Shown here: positions 63,569-64,000 of the stretch, piece after piece
Layout of the letters: every line of letters begins with the position of its first letter
How positions within the stretch are numbered: the stretch's first letter is position 1
Origin: a virus
Reading direction: 5' to 3' (one strand)
Virus genome (UHGV): UHGV-1351772
DNA length: 64,000 nt
Made by a program: the position numbers and the translations under genes
The notes under the pieces: generated by a model
Seen by the model: only the letters and a program-made list of their open reading frames with translations
Databases searched by the model: none
What the model was told of the DNA's origin: nothing

Positions 63569-64000
63569 ATGCCGAGAGAAGACGCGGCGCAGTTTAACGG
63601 TACGTTAAGCACAGCGACGTACCCTAACCGATTTAATGTGGTCATTCCGCCTGAAGGACCTTTTTATCGTATCGGATTAAAACTCACAGTAGCCGACGAT
63701 ACCGCGCCTAACGGACGTCGTACTCTGATTGAGGGGTTGGACTACTATTTAGGCTATTACTTTAAAGAACTCGCAGAAGCTGAACAAGATCAGATTTATG
63801 GCGGGTTCATGTTGTTAACCGCAACAGAAATCGAATATGAGATTTTAGGGGCGGCACGTCAGTATCGTGTACCGCAATCTGAAATCGGAAAGTTCTTAGT
63901 TCGTACTGACCTGGAAGACCCACGTAACGTGGATTGGTCAGAGTTAATGGCGTATGCGCCAGTTATTCAACCTATCGACCCGCCCGCTAACTTAGAAGAA
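63569..64000 (+). CDS. Tail fibre-like protein, N-terminal part (3' partial; continues beyond window)
   Basis: AGGAG SD; PPEGPFYRIGLKLTVADD...LIEGLDYYLGYYF shares the N-terminal pattern of the two preceding fibre genes. Confidence 0.6.
   Translation, partial: MPREDAAQFNGTLSTATYPNRFNVVIPPEGPFYRIGLKLTVADDTAPNGRRTLIEGLDYYLGYYFKELAEAEQDQIYGGFMLLTATEIEYEILGAARQYRVPQSEIGKFLVRTDLEDPRNVDWSELMAYAPVIQPIDPPANLEE

Noticed and set aside
1-64000. CRISPR arrays, tRNA or rRNA genes, integrase or transposase
   Set aside because: No regularly spaced direct repeats with unique spacers; the intergenic regions are short with no 70-90 nt stretch ending in a T-loop-like GTTCRANYC; no tyrosine or serine recombinase or DDE transposase motifs seen. 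Only read by eye, so a short non-coding RNA could have been missed.

Overview
This 64 kb window reads as part of a large virulent phage genome, most likely a phiKZ-like jumbo phage of an enterobacterial host. That assignment is inference from three things seen in the sequence: a multisubunit RNA polymerase beta-prime-like fragment (1-1184, minus strand), a 2358-aa virion protein with a lytic transglycosylase domain (1261-8337), and T4 gp12-like repeat motifs in very large tail-fibre proteins (54957-64000). No database search was run. Layout: a plus-strand virion module (1261-11136) ends at a bidirectional terminator; a roughly 40 kb minus-strand array of about 60 tightly packed genes follows (11193-51874), interrupted by a few plus-strand genes (20664, 24698, 33743-35644); a divergent regulatory region (51875-52193) then leads into a plus-strand tail module. 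Most genes in the minus array have no recognisable function. The ones I can call from motifs are a ThyA-family enzyme with two large insertions, a MazG-like pyrophosphohydrolase, an RNase HI fusion, a DnaQ-like exonuclease, an SbcC/Rad50-like ATPase, a GNAT acetyltransferase, a TARG1-like macro domain, a possible NADAR domain, a secreted lytic transglycosylase and a possible HEPN protein. Many genes are translationally coupled (ATGA or TAATG overlaps) and share an AGGAGTATTAAA-ATG ribosome-binding context, and intergenic GC-rich hairpins with U-tracts mark unit boundaries. No tRNA, rRNA, CRISPR array, integrase or transposase was found. The ORF track accepts GTG and TTG starts and takes the most upstream start, so several starts were moved to an internal ATG with a better Shine-Dalgarno (SD) sequence; nested antisense ORFs were ignored. 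The strongest candidates for something undescribed are the five-gene array of small secreted proteins (45187-47389), the tandem four-gene paralog family with a conserved C-terminal motif (48528-51874), the unit running from the SbcC-like ATPase through three unannotated micro-membrane ORFs to the macro domain (39234-43900), and the host-like BhsA/YdgH-family gene inserted in the tail module (53366-53575).
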